Origin: Bacteroidota bacterium
GTDB taxonomy: Bacteria > Bacteroidota > Bacteroidia > Bacteroidales > BM520
NCBI GenBank assembly: GCA_002748065.1
Contig: PDRJ01000035.1
Coordinates: 47 to 64,046 of the forward strand
Length of the DNA stretch: 64,000 bases
Reading direction: 5' to 3'
Shown one piece after another: positions 37,144 to 47,428 of the stretch. A program made the translations under genes and the position numbers. Every line of letters starts with the position of its first letter. Position 1 is the first letter of the stretch. Below the pieces are notes generated by a model, which saw only the letters and a program-made list of their open reading frames with translations, was not told where the DNA came from and ran no database searches.

Positions 37144-39153
37144 TCAAAACAACCCGGAGAAGATCTCATCATCCACCATATAGGGGACATTCACCTTCAA
37201 GCGAGGCTCCTGCTCCATGGCACGTTTAATGGCAAAGATGGCATTCTCATTACGGGCCCAGTTACGACGCGAGATCCCATTATTAACATCCCAATGAAGC
37301 ATCATTTTCAACCGACGATCAGCATCATCGGAACCATCAAGCAGCATACCAAAACCACCGTTAATCACTTCTCCCCAGCCGACACCACCACCGTTGTGTA
37401 TGGAGACCCAGGTGGCACCTCTAAAGGCATCACCAATCACATTATGAATGGCCATATCGGCCGTAAAGCGCGAGCCGTCATAGATATTGGAGGTTTCACG
37501 GTAAGGAGAGTCGGTACCAGAAACATCGTGATGATCCCGTCCCAGCACCACAGGAGCGGACAATTCACCAGCAGCTATTGCTTTATTAAAGGCTTCTGCA
37601 ATTCGGGTACGGCCCTCACAATCAGCATACAATATACGTGCTTGCGAACCCACAACCATCTTATTCTTACCCGCCTCGCGGATCCAATGAATATTGTCTT
37701 TCATCTGCATACGAATCTTCTCCGGTGCAGAGGCGGCCATCTCTTCCAACACATTTGCGGCAATGGCATCCGTCTTGGCAAGGTCTTGCGGATCCCCTGA
37801 GGTACAAACCCAGCGGAACGGACCAAACCCAAAGTCAAAAAAGAGAGGCCCCATAATATCCTGCACATAGCTGGGGTAGATAAAATCACCATCCTCTTTC
37901 ATCACATCAGCTCCTGCACGAGAAGCCTCCAGAAGAAACGCATTTCCATAATCCCAGAAATACATGCCCTTGGCTGTCATTTTATTCACCGCATCCACAT
38001 GGCGACGCAAGGATCCATAAACTTTCTCCTTAAAGCGATCCGGTTGATCTGCCATCATACGATTGGACTCTTCCAGGGTAAGTCCAGCGGGATAATATCC
38101 ACCGGCAAAGGGGTTATGCAAGGAGGTCTGGTCACTACCCAAATCTACAGGGACATCCTCCTCCACGAACTTCTCCCACAAATCCACAATATTACCCTGA
38201 TAGGCCAAGGAAACCGCCTCTTTATGTGCTCGCGCCTCATTCACCCGCGCCACCAACGCATCCAGATCGGTAAACACTTCGTCCACCCATCCCTGCTCGT
38301 AACGCACTTTCACCGCCTTGGGGTTAATCTCAGCAACCACGCCCACCATACCGGCAATCACCGCGGCCTTGGGCTGAGCACCCGACATTCCTCCCAATCC
38401 CGAACTCACAAACACCTTTCCTGCCATTACACCATCACCATGGATGCGGGCAGCGTTCATCACCGTAATCGTGGTACCATGAACGATACCCTGGGGGCCA
38501 ATATACATATAGGAGCCAGCGGTCATCTGCCCGTACTGAGAGACCCCTAGGGCATTAAACTTCTCATAATCATCCCTTCCAGAATAGTTCGGAATCACCA
38601 TACCATTGGTCACCACACAACGCGGAGCATCCTTATGTGAAGGGTAAAGCCCCATGGGATGTCCTGAATACATCACCAGGGTCTGTTCGTCGGTCATGGT
38701 GGCCAGGAACTGCATAGTCAACAGATACTGTGCCCAATTCTGGAATACGGCACCATTTCCGCCATAAGTCACCAACTCATGGGGGTGCTGAGCCACCGCA
38801 TTATCCAAATTATTACAGATCATCAACATGATGGCTGCCGCCTGTTTAGACTGGTGGGGGAAATCATCAATATGGCGTGCCCTAATGGGATAATCAGGAC
38901 GGAAACGATACATATAGATCCGGCCATAGGTATTCAACTCCTGGAGAAACTCCTTCGCCAATACTTCATGATGTTTTTCCGGGAAATAACGCAGCGCATT
39001 GCGAAGTGCCAGTTCTTTCTCCTTATCTGTCAGGATATCCTTCCTTCTGGGAGCATGATTAATCTCCTGCTCCAAAGGCTTTAATGGGGGCAACTCATCG
39101 GGAATACCTTGTAAAATTACCCGTTGAAATTCAGTTATATTCATATTATTCAT
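37144..39153 (-). CDS. hutU: urocanate hydratase
   Basis: Long conserved blocks are present (LVTYGGNGAVFQNW, SGLGGMSGAQPKA, DQTSLHNPF, GRDHHDVSGTDSPYRETS). The start is set at MNNMNITEF; the 45-aa extension in the ORF track looks non-coding. Confidence 0.93.
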   Translation of the reverse strand: MNNMNITEFQRVILQGIPDELPPLKPLEQEINHAPRRKDILTDKEKELALRNALRYFPEKHHEVLAKEFLQELNTYGRIYMYRFRPDYPIRARHIDDFPHQSKQAAAIMLMICNNLDNAVAQHPHELVTYGGNGAVFQNWAQYLLTMQFLATMTDEQTLVMYSGHPMGLYPSHKDAPRCVVTNGMVIPNYSGRDDYEKFNALGVSQYGQMTAGSYMYIGPQGIVHGTTITVMNAARIHGDGVMAGKVFVSSGLGGMSGAQPKAAVIAGMVGVVAEINPKAVKVRYEQGWVDEVFTDLDALVARVNEARAHKEAVSLAYQGNIVDLWEKFVEEDVPVDLGSDQTSLHNPFAGGYYPAGLTLEESNRMMADQPDRFKEKVYGSLRRHVDAVNKMTAKGMYFWDYGNAFLLEASRAGADVMKEDGDFIYPSYVQDIMGPLFFDFGFGPFRWVCTSGDPQDLAKTDAIAANVLEEMAASAPEKIRMQMKDNIHWIREAGKNKMVVGSQARILYADCEGRTRIAEAFNKAIAAGELSAPVVLGRDHHDVSGTDSPYRETSNIYDGSRFTADMAIHNVIGDAFRGATWVSIHNGGGVGWGEVINGGFGMLLDGSDDADRRLKMMLHWDVNNGISRRNWARNENAIFAIKRAMEQEPRLKVNVPYMVDDEIFSGLF

Positions 39154-39275
39154 ACATTTGCTATACGGTTTCTTCACAAGCCCCAACGACAACAACGGTT
39201 TGGGGGTTATTTTCTTGTCAGAAAACCTTGAGGTTACTACATTCTTACCGAATACTACCTTACGTATCGATGGAA

Positions 39276-39283
39276 CAAAGTTA
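39276..39283 (-). promoter_or_regulatory. -7 box TAACTTTG (minus strand), 122 nt before the hutU ATG
   Basis: The plus strand reads CAAAGTTA. It lies inside the discarded 5' extension of the hutU ORF. Confidence 0.3.
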
Positions 39284-39311
39284 AACATTATATCAGATTA
39301 TCCATACTTCC

Positions 39312-42300
39312 ATGAAAATAAGATTCTTTACCGGACTACTCTTTCTCTTCATCGCATTGCCCGGACTAGCTGATATTCCCCCGGGATGGGATTTCACCAT
39401 CACCTCTTCCAGCCACCTCTTCTCCATTGGAGAGAATGCCTGGCCTGTGATCAACGGTGTTCCCATTGAACCGGGCGATTACATCGGGGTCTTCTATGAG
39501 GATAATGGCGTACAAAAATGCGGGGGAGCTGTGGCGTGGCCGGCCCAGGGAGGGACCATCGTTTTTGCCTATGGAGACGATTTTATCACCGGCGATAAAG
39601 ATGGTTTCGCCTATGGAGAGACCATCCAATGGAAGCTTTACTCTTTCTCCATGCAGACGGAAGTCGCAGCCACGGCTATTCTCAACCCTACTTACCCCAC
39701 CCCCGGAGATGTTTTTATTCCGGAGGGATTATCAGGTCTTTTTTACCTCTCCAGCGAAGGATTTTTCGTTTACGCCTGGTCTGAAGAAGACACGCTATGT
39801 CAAGGATATGAGACCCAACTGCATGCCGACCCCCAAGGAGGATCGGGAAGCTACAGTTTTGAGTGGGTCTCCGACCCGGAGGGATTCACCTCCTCCGAGC
39901 AGAATCCTTGGGTACAGGTCAACGATACGACCACCTACACCGTAACCGTCTACGACGGTTCCAACAACTGCTACGACCATACCACCATTCAAACGGTTCC
40001 CATTCCCGAAATCAATGCGGGAGCCGATGACACCCTCTGTCAGGGAGAGACTTTCACCGCCAATGCCGTCACCACCTATGCGGAAACCATTACCTGGTCT
40101 ACCACGGGAGATGGGAGTTTTAATTTTATACACAGCCCCAACGCCATCTACACTCCCGGACAAAACGACCAGGAGAATGGCATGGTAATGCTCCTGCTAA
40201 CGGGAGAGGCTCAGCCCCCTTGTGATCTCACCACCACCGACACCCTTATTTTATCTATTTTACCACCTCCCTCGGTCTTTGCCGGAGAGGATAACAGCAG
40301 TTGTGAGAAAAGCATTATTCCCCTCCAGGGAGAGGCAGAAAATTACCAATCGCTGCAATGGACAACCTCAGGCAACGGCACCTTCTCCGACCCCAACGCA
40401 TTGAACACGGATTACTACGCAGAGGAGGTCAATGAAGAGACGGTGGTTACACTCACCTTACAAGTAGAGGGTAATGCCCCTTGCGACAATGCGGAGGATA
40501 CCCTGCTATTAACCCTCTACCCGGAACCCGAAGGAAGTGCAGGATCCGACGAAATCATTTGTTCTTCAGAGAATTATACCACTAACGGCAGCGCTTTCAA
40601 CTTCTCCTCGGCGACCTGGAGTTCATCCGGTGACGGCCTCTTTGAGAACCCTAACAGTTTGTCAACCCTCTACACGCCCGGCGCTGAGGACCTCAACAAC
40701 GGCTCGGTATATCTCACCCTGACAATCTTCCCTGCAGCACCCTGTTCACAAGCTATTGCCGACAGCATACTACTCTCTTTTCAGCCTCTTCCCGAAGTGT
40801 TTGCCGGCTATAACCAAAGCGTTTGTGAGTTGGATACGGTCTCACTCTCGGGATACGCTTCCCACACGGAATCTACGCTCTGGAGCACCTCTGGCGACGG
40901 CACATTTACCGCCCCCCAAGCCCTCTCTACAACCTACTTACCAGGACCTCAAGACCTACAAAACGAAGAAGTCATCCTCACACTCACCGGCAATGCCATC
41001 GCACCCTGTGCTTCGGCAACAGACGATCAACTCACGGTCACCTTTATCAAATCCCCCATTGCCCACGCCGGAGAAGATACCGCCATCTGTTCGGGGACAA
41101 CCCATACCACCTCAGGAAGTGTTCAATATGCCACAGGAGGAAGTTGGAGCAGCAACGGTAGCGGCGAATTTGCAGATCCTACCCAGTTGGTCACCATCTA
41201 TACGCCCTCCCAAGAGGATTATACCATGGGGGAGGTCATCCTCACACTTACCACCTCGGCAAACAGCACCTGTCCAGCCACATCCGATGAGATGGTGCTC
41301 TCCTTTATGCAAATACCCACGGTGAATGCCGGTGAAGATCAAGTGATTCCATTCGGAACCTATACCCAGTTGGAGGGATCTGTATCGGGAGGCAGTGGCG
41401 ATTACTTCCACAGCTGGGAACCTTCCGAACTGATTATAGGCCAACACATCCTAACCCCCACCACCACCAACCTGGAGAGCTCCACCCTTTTTACCCTTTT
41501 CTCCACGGATAATGCAACAGGGTGTAGCCATCAGGATCAGGTCACCGTTTATGTAACGGGGGGGCCACTCAACAGCGAAGTCTCGGCTACGCCTGACAGC
41601 GTTTGTCCTCAGGAGGCGGTACAGTTACAGTGTTTACCTTCGGGAGGCAGCGGCGATTACAGCTACACATGGAGCTCCAATCCCCCGGGATTCACCTCCA
41701 CCCTCGCCGCTCCCCTAACCTACCCGGAAGAGACGACCACCTATAGTGCAACGGTATCTGATGGCTATAATATGGTCACCAATACGGTAGAGGTTGTGGT
41801 TTTTGCTCTTCCCACTCCCGATGCCGGGGCAGACCAATGGATCCCCCACGGCACCACCACCATCCTGGAGGGCAGTGCCACCGGAGGCAGCGGCAATTAC
41901 AACTGGCTATGGTCCCCAGGAGCTTTATTGGCCAACCCTGACCAACCGCAATCGGCCACAACACAACTCTACGATGAAACCACCTTCCGTTTGGAGGTCA
42001 TGGATGCGGAGACGGGATGTCTCTCTATCGACACCACCACCGTCCACCTCAACACGGGCGCACTATCCTCGGCACCTGAAGCCTCCCCACAAGAAGCCTG
42101 TAAAGGGGCAGAGATCCAACTCTTTTCCCATGCCCAGGGCGGCTCTGAACAATATACTTTCGACTGGTTCTCTGAGCCCCCGGGGTTTTATAGTAACGAA
42201 GAGAACCCCACCACCATTGCCGACGAATCTATGCGATTCTGGGTGGAAGTCCACGACGGATGGAACAGCGTATCCAACCACACGGATCTCTTGGTATACC

Positions 42301-42809
42301 CCCCCAATGAAATCGCTATTGAGGCGCTCCCCAACGATACCGTCTGCGCCTACGAAACCCTCACCCTAACGGCGCATTCACAGCTGGAGGCATCCAGTTG
42401 GCTTTGGAGTCCGGGAGGCAAAACCACCCCCTCCATTACCATAGATACCACGGGGTTGGGTGTGGGGGCTCACACCTTCTCCGTACAGGTCACCGACGAA
42501 TACAACTGCCTCTCCTCAGCAGAGAAGAGGATCTTCTTTGACATCTGCCAATCCACAGAAGAGCGGTTCGAACACAGGCTGACCATAACCCCCAATCCCA
42601 CAAAGGATTTCTTTCGTATTCAAATCCCTTCCGCTTATCTACGGGGCGAAATGACGATTCTTACAATTCAAGGAGTACCCCTACTGAAAAAAACGATCAC
42701 CCGTGATCAAATAATCATCAAGGATTTAAAAAAAGCACCGGGCGTTTACCTGGTACGCATCCATGCAGAGGGTCAAAAACCCCTTACGGAAAAACTGGTC
42801 TATCACTGA
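39312..42809 (+). CDS. large modular cell-surface protein with T9SS C-terminal sorting domain
   Basis: The ORF is 1165 aa with a signal peptide. It contains five tandem ~88-aa Cys-containing modules, five GGSGxYxYxW modules, and the C-terminus ITPNPTKDFFRIQI...GVYLVRIHAEG...KLVYH. Confidence 0.8.
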   Translation: MKIRFFTGLLFLFIALPGLADIPPGWDFTITSSSHLFSIGENAWPVINGVPIEPGDYIGVFYEDNGVQKCGGAVAWPAQGGTIVFAYGDDFITGDKDGFAYGETIQWKLYSFSMQTEVAATAILNPTYPTPGDVFIPEGLSGLFYLSSEGFFVYAWSEEDTLCQGYETQLHADPQGGSGSYSFEWVSDPEGFTSSEQNPWVQVNDTTTYTVTVYDGSNNCYDHTTIQTVPIPEINAGADDTLCQGETFTANAVTTYAETITWSTTGDGSFNFIHSPNAIYTPGQNDQENGMVMLLLTGEAQPPCDLTTTDTLILSILPPPSVFAGEDNSSCEKSIIPLQGEAENYQSLQWTTSGNGTFSDPNALNTDYYAEEVNEETVVTLTLQVEGNAPCDNAEDTLLLTLYPEPEGSAGSDEIICSSENYTTNGSAFNFSSATWSSSGDGLFENPNSLSTLYTPGAEDLNNGSVYLTLTIFPAAPCSQAIADSILLSFQPLPEVFAGYNQSVCELDTVSLSGYASHTESTLWSTSGDGTFTAPQALSTTYLPGPQDLQNEEVILTLTGNAIAPCASATDDQLTVTFIKSPIAHAGEDTAICSGTTHTTSGSVQYATGGSWSSNGSGEFADPTQLVTIYTPSQEDYTMGEVILTLTTSANSTCPATSDEMVLSFMQIPTVNAGEDQVIPFGTYTQLEGSVSGGSGDYFHSWEPSELIIGQHILTPTTTNLESSTLFTLFSTDNATGCSHQDQVTVYVTGGPLNSEVSATPDSVCPQEAVQLQCLPSGGSGDYSYTWSSNPPGFTSTLAAPLTYPEETTTYSATVSDGYNMVTNTVEVVVFALPTPDAGADQWIPHGTTTILEGSATGGSGNYNWLWSPGALLANPDQPQSATTQLYDETTFRLEVMDAETGCLSIDTTTVHLNTGALSSAPEASPQEACKGAEIQLFSHAQGGSEQYTFDWFSEPPGFYSNEENPTTIADESMRFWVEVHDGWNSVSNHTDLLVYPPNEIAIEALPNDTVCAYETLTLTAHSQLEASSWLWSPGGKTTPSITIDTTGLGVGAHTFSVQVTDEYNCLSSAEKRIFFDICQSTEERFEHRLTITPNPTKDFFRIQIPSAYLRGEMTILTIQGVPLLKKTITRDQIIIKDLKKAPGVYLVRIHAEGQKPLTEKLVYH
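40017..41327 (+). repeat. five tandem ~262-nt (~88-aa) diverged coding repeats inside the 39312-42809 CDS
   Basis: Each unit starts AG(A/E/S/Y)(D/N)..(L/S/I/V)C. It contains (T/S)W(S/T)(T/S)(T/S)G(D/N)G.F..P and (L/I)Y(T/L)PG..D. It ends ...C....D.L.L(S/T)...P. Unit boundaries are at aa 236, 324, 410, 498 and 586, ending at 672. Confidence 0.8.
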
Positions 42810-42892
42810 TCAAACAGCCGGGAAAAGGGCTCAACTTTTGGAGTTAACGACTGTTTTCAACATCAATGCAACGAAGTATTAGGGATCTTTAG

Positions 42893-44020
42893 CTATTGAG
42901 CTACCTTTATGGTTTTACTCCCTAGCCACAAAAAAGGATTTATCACAAGCAGAAGAAGCTCTCCCCACAAGGCAGTAAACAGCAGCTTCTTCTCTTCAAA
43001 ACGATGCATGCTCTTCACGAAAAAGAAGAGGTAGGAGAAGAGCCGCAACAGAAAGAGGCCTATCACCGGATAACACATATAGTTCATTGCGATCAACACC
43101 ACTGACAGCGTAAAGAACAGCAAGCGGGAGGATTCAAAAAAGCCCAAAACCACCCTATGTCCAAAGCGAAAGAAACGGGTTCCAGCCATCATCCTCTTCC
43201 GAGATAGGGACCAAACCCCCAAACGATCCGTCGGACTAGAGAGCATATGACTTTCCTGATGCATTTGCAACACGGTATTTCTCCTTCTCACGGCCCGGCC
43301 AATAAAACATTCGTCATCCCCCACACGCATCCCAAACATCCCCATAAAACTATCCTGCTTTAAAAACAGCTCTTTTTTAAAGGCGATATTTGTTGCAAAC
43401 CCCGCATAGGGCATTCCTCTCTTTGCAAAAGAGAAACAACGAATAGCCCGCACCAAATGGTCATAACGAATAACCTGATTCAACAAACCATCCTTTTTCT
43501 CAAGCCGATTATAACCCAACACCACCTGAGTTCCGGACGTAAAAGAGGACATCATTCGACTGATCCAATAAACCGAAACCGGCCGGCAATTCACCTCTGT
43601 CAAAAGGATGGTATCATACTTAGCCGTCCGTATTCCCACCGACTGGGGAAACTTTTTTCCTTTGAAAAAATTCAACTTACTATTCACATACACCACCTTA
43701 AGATTATCGTGGCGGCGAGCCAATGACTCCAACAGAAGTGCACTCTCATCTTCTGACTGATCATACACGACAATAACCTCAAAAGCATGGTACTTCTGAT
43801 TAAGGATATAGGGTAAATTCTGTTGCAAGCTCCAGTACTCCTCTCGGGCACACAGTACAATGCTAACCCCCTCCTTATTTTCATAAGGATCTGTACGCGA
43901 AGAGAAGATAAGCGAAGAATTAATCAACCAATAATAAAGCAGTTGCACGAATACGCTCAAGGCAAAGAGCACAAAGAGCACGAAGGGAAGAGGGGCTTGT
44001 TGATAAAGTTGTAAAAACAT
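42893..44020 (-). CDS. membrane-bound glycosyltransferase family 2 protein
   Basis: An N-terminal TM helix is followed by a GT2 core (VSIVLCAREE...FEVIVVYDQSEDES) and C-terminal TM helices. ATG 44020 is preferred over the TTG at 44041. Confidence 0.7.
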   Translation of the reverse strand: MFLQLYQQAPLPFVLFVLFALSVFVQLLYYWLINSSLIFSSRTDPYENKEGVSIVLCAREEYWSLQQNLPYILNQKYHAFEVIVVYDQSEDESALLLESLARRHDNLKVVYVNSKLNFFKGKKFPQSVGIRTAKYDTILLTEVNCRPVSVYWISRMMSSFTSGTQVVLGYNRLEKKDGLLNQVIRYDHLVRAIRCFSFAKRGMPYAGFATNIAFKKELFLKQDSFMGMFGMRVGDDECFIGRAVRRRNTVLQMHQESHMLSSPTDRLGVWSLSRKRMMAGTRFFRFGHRVVLGFFESSRLLFFTLSVVLIAMNYMCYPVIGLFLLRLFSYLFFFVKSMHRFEEKKLLFTALWGELLLLVINPFLWLGSKTIKVAQ

Positions 44021-44069
44021 GAAATTTAATCCTTGCGGCAAAAATATCCATTCTTCGATGAAATAAGAT

Positions 44070-44077
44070 TATCTTTG
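44070..44077 (+). promoter_or_regulatory. -7 box TATCTTTG, 50 nt before the tgt start
   Basis: Exact TAnnTTTG in the divergent GT2/tgt intergenic region. Confidence 0.4.
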
Positions 44078-44127
44078 GAGACTTTTTTTATAAACATACC
44101 GTTATACACTATAACCATTTTTTAACC

Positions 44128-45276
44128 TTGACCACACAAAGAGGCATAATATTCCGTCTGGAGGCGGTAGATCCCAAGGGGAAAGCCAGAGCCGGAAATC
44201 TTAAGACTGCTCACGGAACGATTGAGACTCCTATTTTCATGCCAGTAGGTACTGCCGGCACGGTAAAAGCCATCCATCAACGGGATCTCGACAACGACGT
44301 CAAGGCACAAATCATTCTGGGAAACACCTATCACCTCTACCTACGTCCCGGTCTGGAGATCTTACAACAAGCCGGAGGGTTGCACCGCTTCAATGGTTGG
44401 CATAAACCTATCCTGACCGACAGTGGCGGTTTTCAGGTCTATTCCCTCTCAAACATGCGCAAACTCACGGAAGAGGGTGTCCGCTTCCAGTCCCATATTG
44501 ACGGGAGCTATCACACCTTTACCCCGGAAAAGGTGATAGACATTGAACGCATCATTGGTGCTGACATTATGATGGCCTTCGATGAATGCACACCCTATCC
44601 CTGCGAATACGACTATGCCAAAAAGTCCATGGCGTTAACCCACCGTTGGTTAGATCGTTGCATGGATCAATTCCATCAAACTGCTCCCCTCTACGGATAC
44701 CCGCAAACGCTCTTCCCCATCGTACAAGGAAGCACATACCACGACCTGCGAATCCAATCGGCAGAATATATTGCCTCCAAAGAGGCAGAGGGCAATGCCA
44801 TAGGGGGGCTTGCCGTGGGAGAGCCTGCCGAGAAGATGTACGAGACCATTGACCTAGTGAACGGGATCCTTCCTCAGGACAAACCACGCTACCTTATGGG
44901 CGTGGGAACACCGGTTAACATCCTAGAGAGCATTGCTTTAGGGGTAGACATGTTTGATTGTGTCATGCCCTCAAGAAATGGAAGAAACGGTATGCTCTTC
45001 ACCGATGAGGGCATCATCAACATCAAAAACAAGAAATGGGAAAAGGATTTCTCCCCTATAGATCCCAACGGGGTAAGTTTTGTGGATCATCACTACTCAA
45101 AGGCCTACCTTCGTCACCTCTTTGTGGCAAAAGAACGATTGGGCTCCATGATTGCCTCCCTTCATAACCTGGCCTTCTATCTTGAGTTGGTATCACAAGC
45201 ACGTCAACATATCCTTGAAGGCGACTTCACCCCATGGAAGAATAAAATGGTCTCCAAGCTTTCACAAAGACGTTAA
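44128..45276 (+). CDS. tgt: tRNA-guanine transglycosylase (queuine tRNA-ribosyltransferase)
   Basis: TPIFMPVGTAGTVK, LTDSGGFQV, AFDECTPYP and YLMGVGTP motifs are present, with a zinc-site region. The apparent start is TTG. Confidence 0.92.
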   Translation: MTTQRGIIFRLEAVDPKGKARAGNLKTAHGTIETPIFMPVGTAGTVKAIHQRDLDNDVKAQIILGNTYHLYLRPGLEILQQAGGLHRFNGWHKPILTDSGGFQVYSLSNMRKLTEEGVRFQSHIDGSYHTFTPEKVIDIERIIGADIMMAFDECTPYPCEYDYAKKSMALTHRWLDRCMDQFHQTAPLYGYPQTLFPIVQGSTYHDLRIQSAEYIASKEAEGNAIGGLAVGEPAEKMYETIDLVNGILPQDKPRYLMGVGTPVNILESIALGVDMFDCVMPSRNGRNGMLFTDEGIINIKNKKWEKDFSPIDPNGVSFVDHHYSKAYLRHLFVAKERLGSMIASLHNLAFYLELVSQARQHILEGDFTPWKNKMVSKLSQRR

Positions 45277-45279
45277 CCG

Positions 45280-46368
45280 ATGACTCCGCTGAAAAAGATT
45301 GACCGCTACATCATCCGAAAGTTCCTAGGAACCTTCCTATACGCCATATCACTGCTCATCGTCGTGATCATCGTATTTGATGTGTCTGAAAAGGTGGATG
45401 ACTTCCTCGACAGAAACGCCCCCTTCCGGGCCATTATCTTTGACTATTATTTCAACTTTATCCCCTACTTTGTTAATCTTTTTCTCTACCTATTCACCTT
45501 TATTTCTGTCATTTTTTTCACCTCAAAAATGGCTTCGGATAGTGAAATTATCGCCATGCTCAGTGCGGGAATTAGCTTCAAAAGATTATTGAGGCCCTAT
45601 ATCATCTCTGCACTTATCCTCACCATACTCTCCCTTGCACTATCGAACCTGGTCATCCCCATCACCAACAGAAAACTGCTAAACTTTGAAAAGAATTATC
45701 TTCACACCTTACGAAAGGATCGGGCTCATGAGAGTTACATGCAGGCTGATGATGAAACCTACTACTACATAAGAAGTTTTAACGCCAAAACCAACGAAGG
45801 GAAAAACTTCACTTTTGAAAAGATCAATGCGGAGAAAGGGCTTTACTTCCGTCTCCTGGCGGAAAAGATCCGCTATAACCCTGAAGAGAAGCTATGGCGT
45901 CTCTCCGGCTACAAAATCAGGCGCATCACTGACCAAAGAGAGTACATCACCCGGGGGAACCAAATGGATACAACACTCCTACTCGTCCCTGAAGACTTTA
46001 CCGTAATCATTGATGATATGAAGATAATGAACTACACACAGCTACGCGACTTCATCCGCCTTGAGAAGGTAAAAGGGCTACGAAACATGAAAAAATTTGA
46101 GGTGGAGCAACACCAACGTATCGCCTTCCCTTTTGCCACCGTAATCCTCACACTGTTGGGTGTTGCACTCTCTAGTCGTAAGGTCCGGGGAGGCATCGGT
46201 ATGCATTTAGGAATCGGTATTGGCTTGACTTTTGGGTTCATTCTTTTCATGCAGATAAGCACGGTCTTTGCCACCAACGGAAGCCTCTCTCCCTGGCTTG
46301 CAGCCTGGGTTCCCAACATCCTCTATCTCTTTATTGCGGCCTATCTCATTTTTAAGGCGCCCAAATAA
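45280..46368 (+). CDS. LptF/LptG family LPS-export permease
   Basis: The YjgP/YjgQ-type N-terminus (KKIDRYIIRKFLGTFLYAISLL) is present, with six TM helices and a central periplasmic domain. Confidence 0.8.
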   Translation: MTPLKKIDRYIIRKFLGTFLYAISLLIVVIIVFDVSEKVDDFLDRNAPFRAIIFDYYFNFIPYFVNLFLYLFTFISVIFFTSKMASDSEIIAMLSAGISFKRLLRPYIISALILTILSLALSNLVIPITNRKLLNFEKNYLHTLRKDRAHESYMQADDETYYYIRSFNAKTNEGKNFTFEKINAEKGLYFRLLAEKIRYNPEEKLWRLSGYKIRRITDQREYITRGNQMDTTLLLVPEDFTVIIDDMKIMNYTQLRDFIRLEKVKGLRNMKKFEVEQHQRIAFPFATVILTLLGVALSSRKVRGGIGMHLGIGIGLTFGFILFMQISTVFATNGSLSPWLAAWVPNILYLFIAAYLIFKAPK

Positions 46369-46384
46369 TCGCTTCTCTCCCCCC

Positions 46385-47209
46385 TCAAAGCACCCTCTCG
46401 GCCTGCCACACGAAACAATCCGGGAAAAGATCCTCTGGATGGTCTGGAAGGTGATGAAAAAAACCATAGAGGGCTGCTCCACTACCGCTCATAGAGGCGT
46501 AAACGGCACCTTGCCGATAAAGTTTCTCTTTTATCACTCCCAGCTGGGGATATGTTGCAAACAGATGTGGCTCAAAGTCATTTGTAAAAAGTTCCCTCCA
46601 TTGCGAAGGAGGGGTTTTCACAAGACTCATAAGAGGGACAGCAGCGGCATCCGGCGACACTCCGGCATAGGCTTCCGCGGTAGCAATGTGAATAGCGGGC
46701 TTTACCACCATCACTTTTAAGGTGTCAAGCGCAGGAAGCTCCACCGGAGTAAGCACCCCTCCGGTACCAGTGCCCAACATGGGTCTATTGACCAAGAAAA
46801 AGGGACAATCACTTCCCAAAGAGGCCGCATGAACCTTGAGAGCCTCTTCATCTTGACCCAACGCAAAGATCCTGTTTATCAACTTCAAGGCAAAAGAAGC
46901 ATCGGAAGAGCCTCCTCCCAAGCCGGCCCCCAGAGGGATTCTCTTATGAAGATGCATCCGTACACCAGGCGTTCCATAGCTCTTTTGCATCAACCGAGCC
47001 GCACGATACACCAGGTTTTCCTCCAACGCCCCCCCCACCGATAAACCGGTCACCGTTAAAGAGATCTCATCCCCAGCAGCAGGGACGATCTCCAGAATAT
47101 CCTTCAACCCAATGGGAAGAAAAAGGGTCTCAATATTATGGTATCCATCTTCACGACAATGAAGAATCTTCAATCCTAAATTAATCTTTGCGTTGGGAAA
47201 AACGATCAT
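46385..47209 (-). CDS. ispE: 4-(cytidine 5'-diphospho)-2-C-methyl-D-erythritol kinase
   Basis: PNAKINLGLKIL and the GHMP motif IPLGAGLGGGSSDA are present. Confidence 0.88.
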   Translation of the reverse strand: MIVFPNAKINLGLKILHCREDGYHNIETLFLPIGLKDILEIVPAAGDEISLTVTGLSVGGALEENLVYRAARLMQKSYGTPGVRMHLHKRIPLGAGLGGGSSDASFALKLINRIFALGQDEEALKVHAASLGSDCPFFLVNRPMLGTGTGGVLTPVELPALDTLKVMVVKPAIHIATAEAYAGVSPDAAAVPLMSLVKTPPSQWRELFTNDFEPHLFATYPQLGVIKEKLYRQGAVYASMSGSGAALYGFFHHLPDHPEDLFPDCFVWQAERVL

Positions 47210-47245
47210 TATTCAACCTCATTAACATGTTACAATTCGGCCTCT

Positions 47246-47253
47246 CAAAGTTA
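47246..47253 (-). promoter_or_regulatory. -7 box TAACTTTG (minus strand), 36 nt before the ispE ATG
   Basis: The plus strand reads CAAAGTTA in the divergent ispE / kinase intergenic region. Confidence 0.4.
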
Positions 47254-47428
47254 CAAAATATCTGCCATTCCCCCCCCATAAAAGAGAGATACCCCTCCGA
47301 GTAGAGCACTCACCACGCCCCATATCCCCCCTACTTCGAATAAACGGGCATGCTCCATTCTAAAAAGAAACCCATGCCACCGACCACAAATCAATCATTT
47401 TTTCTAATTTTATGCAAAATTTACAATC

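Noticed and set aside
39154-39288. The 45-codon N-terminal extension of hutU in the ORF track (start at 39288).
   Set aside because: The extension has no similarity to urocanase N-termini and contains a TAACTTTG promoter box. The conserved sequence begins near MNNMNITEF.
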